This document shows positions 62,961 to 64,000 of a stretch of DNA of 64,000 nucleotides, one piece after another. Origin of the DNA: Callorhinchus milii (Eukaryota); the NCBI RefSeq assembly GCF_018977255.1, contig NW_024704745.1, forward strand, positions 36,952,001 to 37,016,000. The letters are read 5' to 3'. Both the position numbers and the translations under genes were made by a program. The notes under the pieces are model-generated. The model ran no database searches, was not told the DNA's origin, and saw only the letters and a list, made by a program, of their open reading frames with translations. The number at the start of each line of letters is the position of its first letter. Positions within the stretch are counted from its first letter, which is position 1.

Positions 62961-63481
62961 ATGCAGAAATGCATGTTTAAGAGTATCCAAACATGGGAAT
63001 CCCAGAGATACATTGCTGGAATGGAATTTGCGCTCTCTCCCTGGAGGGACACTTCCTGCTCACCTAATTCTGGAAAGTATAAGGCGCAGGTTGTCAAGAG
63101 CCAAGACTTGGGGACCCCAGAGTGTGGGTTGGGGTACTGCTGAAGTCTAACCAGCTAAAATCACATAGTTTGTCATTGATATTGCTGTCTGGCAAGCTTT
63201 TCCGCTGCTTGTCCAGCTAAGATCACCTTACCCATTAACGCTTTGGCTTGCAGGGTTAACAGGAGCTAAGAGGGATGACTCCCTGCTCTCAATGACTGGT
63301 CTGCCCTTTCAGGTCCTGCCAATGAGGCAGGCTGGCTGTGCTTTTATCAGCAGTGCCCTGGAATACTCTGGACACGTCTGACTCAGTAATCGGACATCCG
63401 AGACCTCCAGAGAGGGCTTGCTCGATTCTGAAATTTTGTTGCCAGGCATGTCACCTTGGAGCCAGTTCAGTTTCAAGGAGA
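62961..63481 (-). repeat. Unclassified interspersed repeat, copy D
   Basis: ttaagagtatccaaac...ggggtactgctgaagtctaaccagctaaaa...ttggagccagttcag matches copy C. The terminal part is missing. Confidence 0.85.
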
Positions 63482-64000
63482 CCCCATTTACCTTCCCCAC
63501 AAGGAGCGTAGTCATGCAATAGAACAAGAGCGTACAGGTTTATATTTGCAAAGGACAATGTTAGGTCAAAAGTATTTCTTTACCCAAAGGGTACTTAACA
63601 ACTAGAACTGAAAAGTTGGTTGCGGCCATAGCACTGGATTCATTTAAAAACTGTGATTATGAGATTGGAAGCTTGGGTGGGTATTCTGGAACGCAATCAA
63701 ATGAGTAAAAGGGCCTTTATCACAGAAAAGAGGGAATTACAAGGCGTGGAAGCTCATAAATTATATAAACATCAGCATGGACTGATTTGGCCAAACAGAC
63801 AGTTTTGTGATTTAACTTTCTATGCAGTTCATTCAAATTAGCTTGTTATTTTCTATTTTGTCTTCTCAAGCTGCTGTGTGAGAAAAAACTGTGTAGTCTA
63901 TGCACAGTGAAATGTGCTGAGCTCTGCTCACAAGCCTTCTGCTAATAGTCATAGTACTGTCTGCTCTTTTGTATCACAAATATGTGGACAGAGTACCTCT

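Overview
Vertebrate genomic DNA. The repeat content (Deu-type SINEs, L2, CR1, Penelope) points to a cartilaginous fish, probably a chimaera such as elephant shark; this is inference. The only host gene is SLITRK5, a single-exon CDS on the minus strand (26740-29337), with a CpG-rich upstream region and about 10 kb of almost TE-free surroundings. The rest is AT-rich gene desert full of retroposons. These include a young tRNA(Ala)-headed SINE in two length variants, an older Deu SINE, many L2 and CR1 3' fragments, and one 3.5-kb L2 that looks full length and is broken only by frameshifts in C-runs. Also present are Penelope relics (one with a minimal hammerhead ribozyme motif), a Harbinger-like Myb relic, and four copies of an A-tailed repeat I cannot classify. 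I see no evidence of a new multi-gene system. The best leads are the near-intact single-ORF L2, the unclassified repeat and the hammerhead motif. Boundaries of degraded repeats were read by eye and are approximate.
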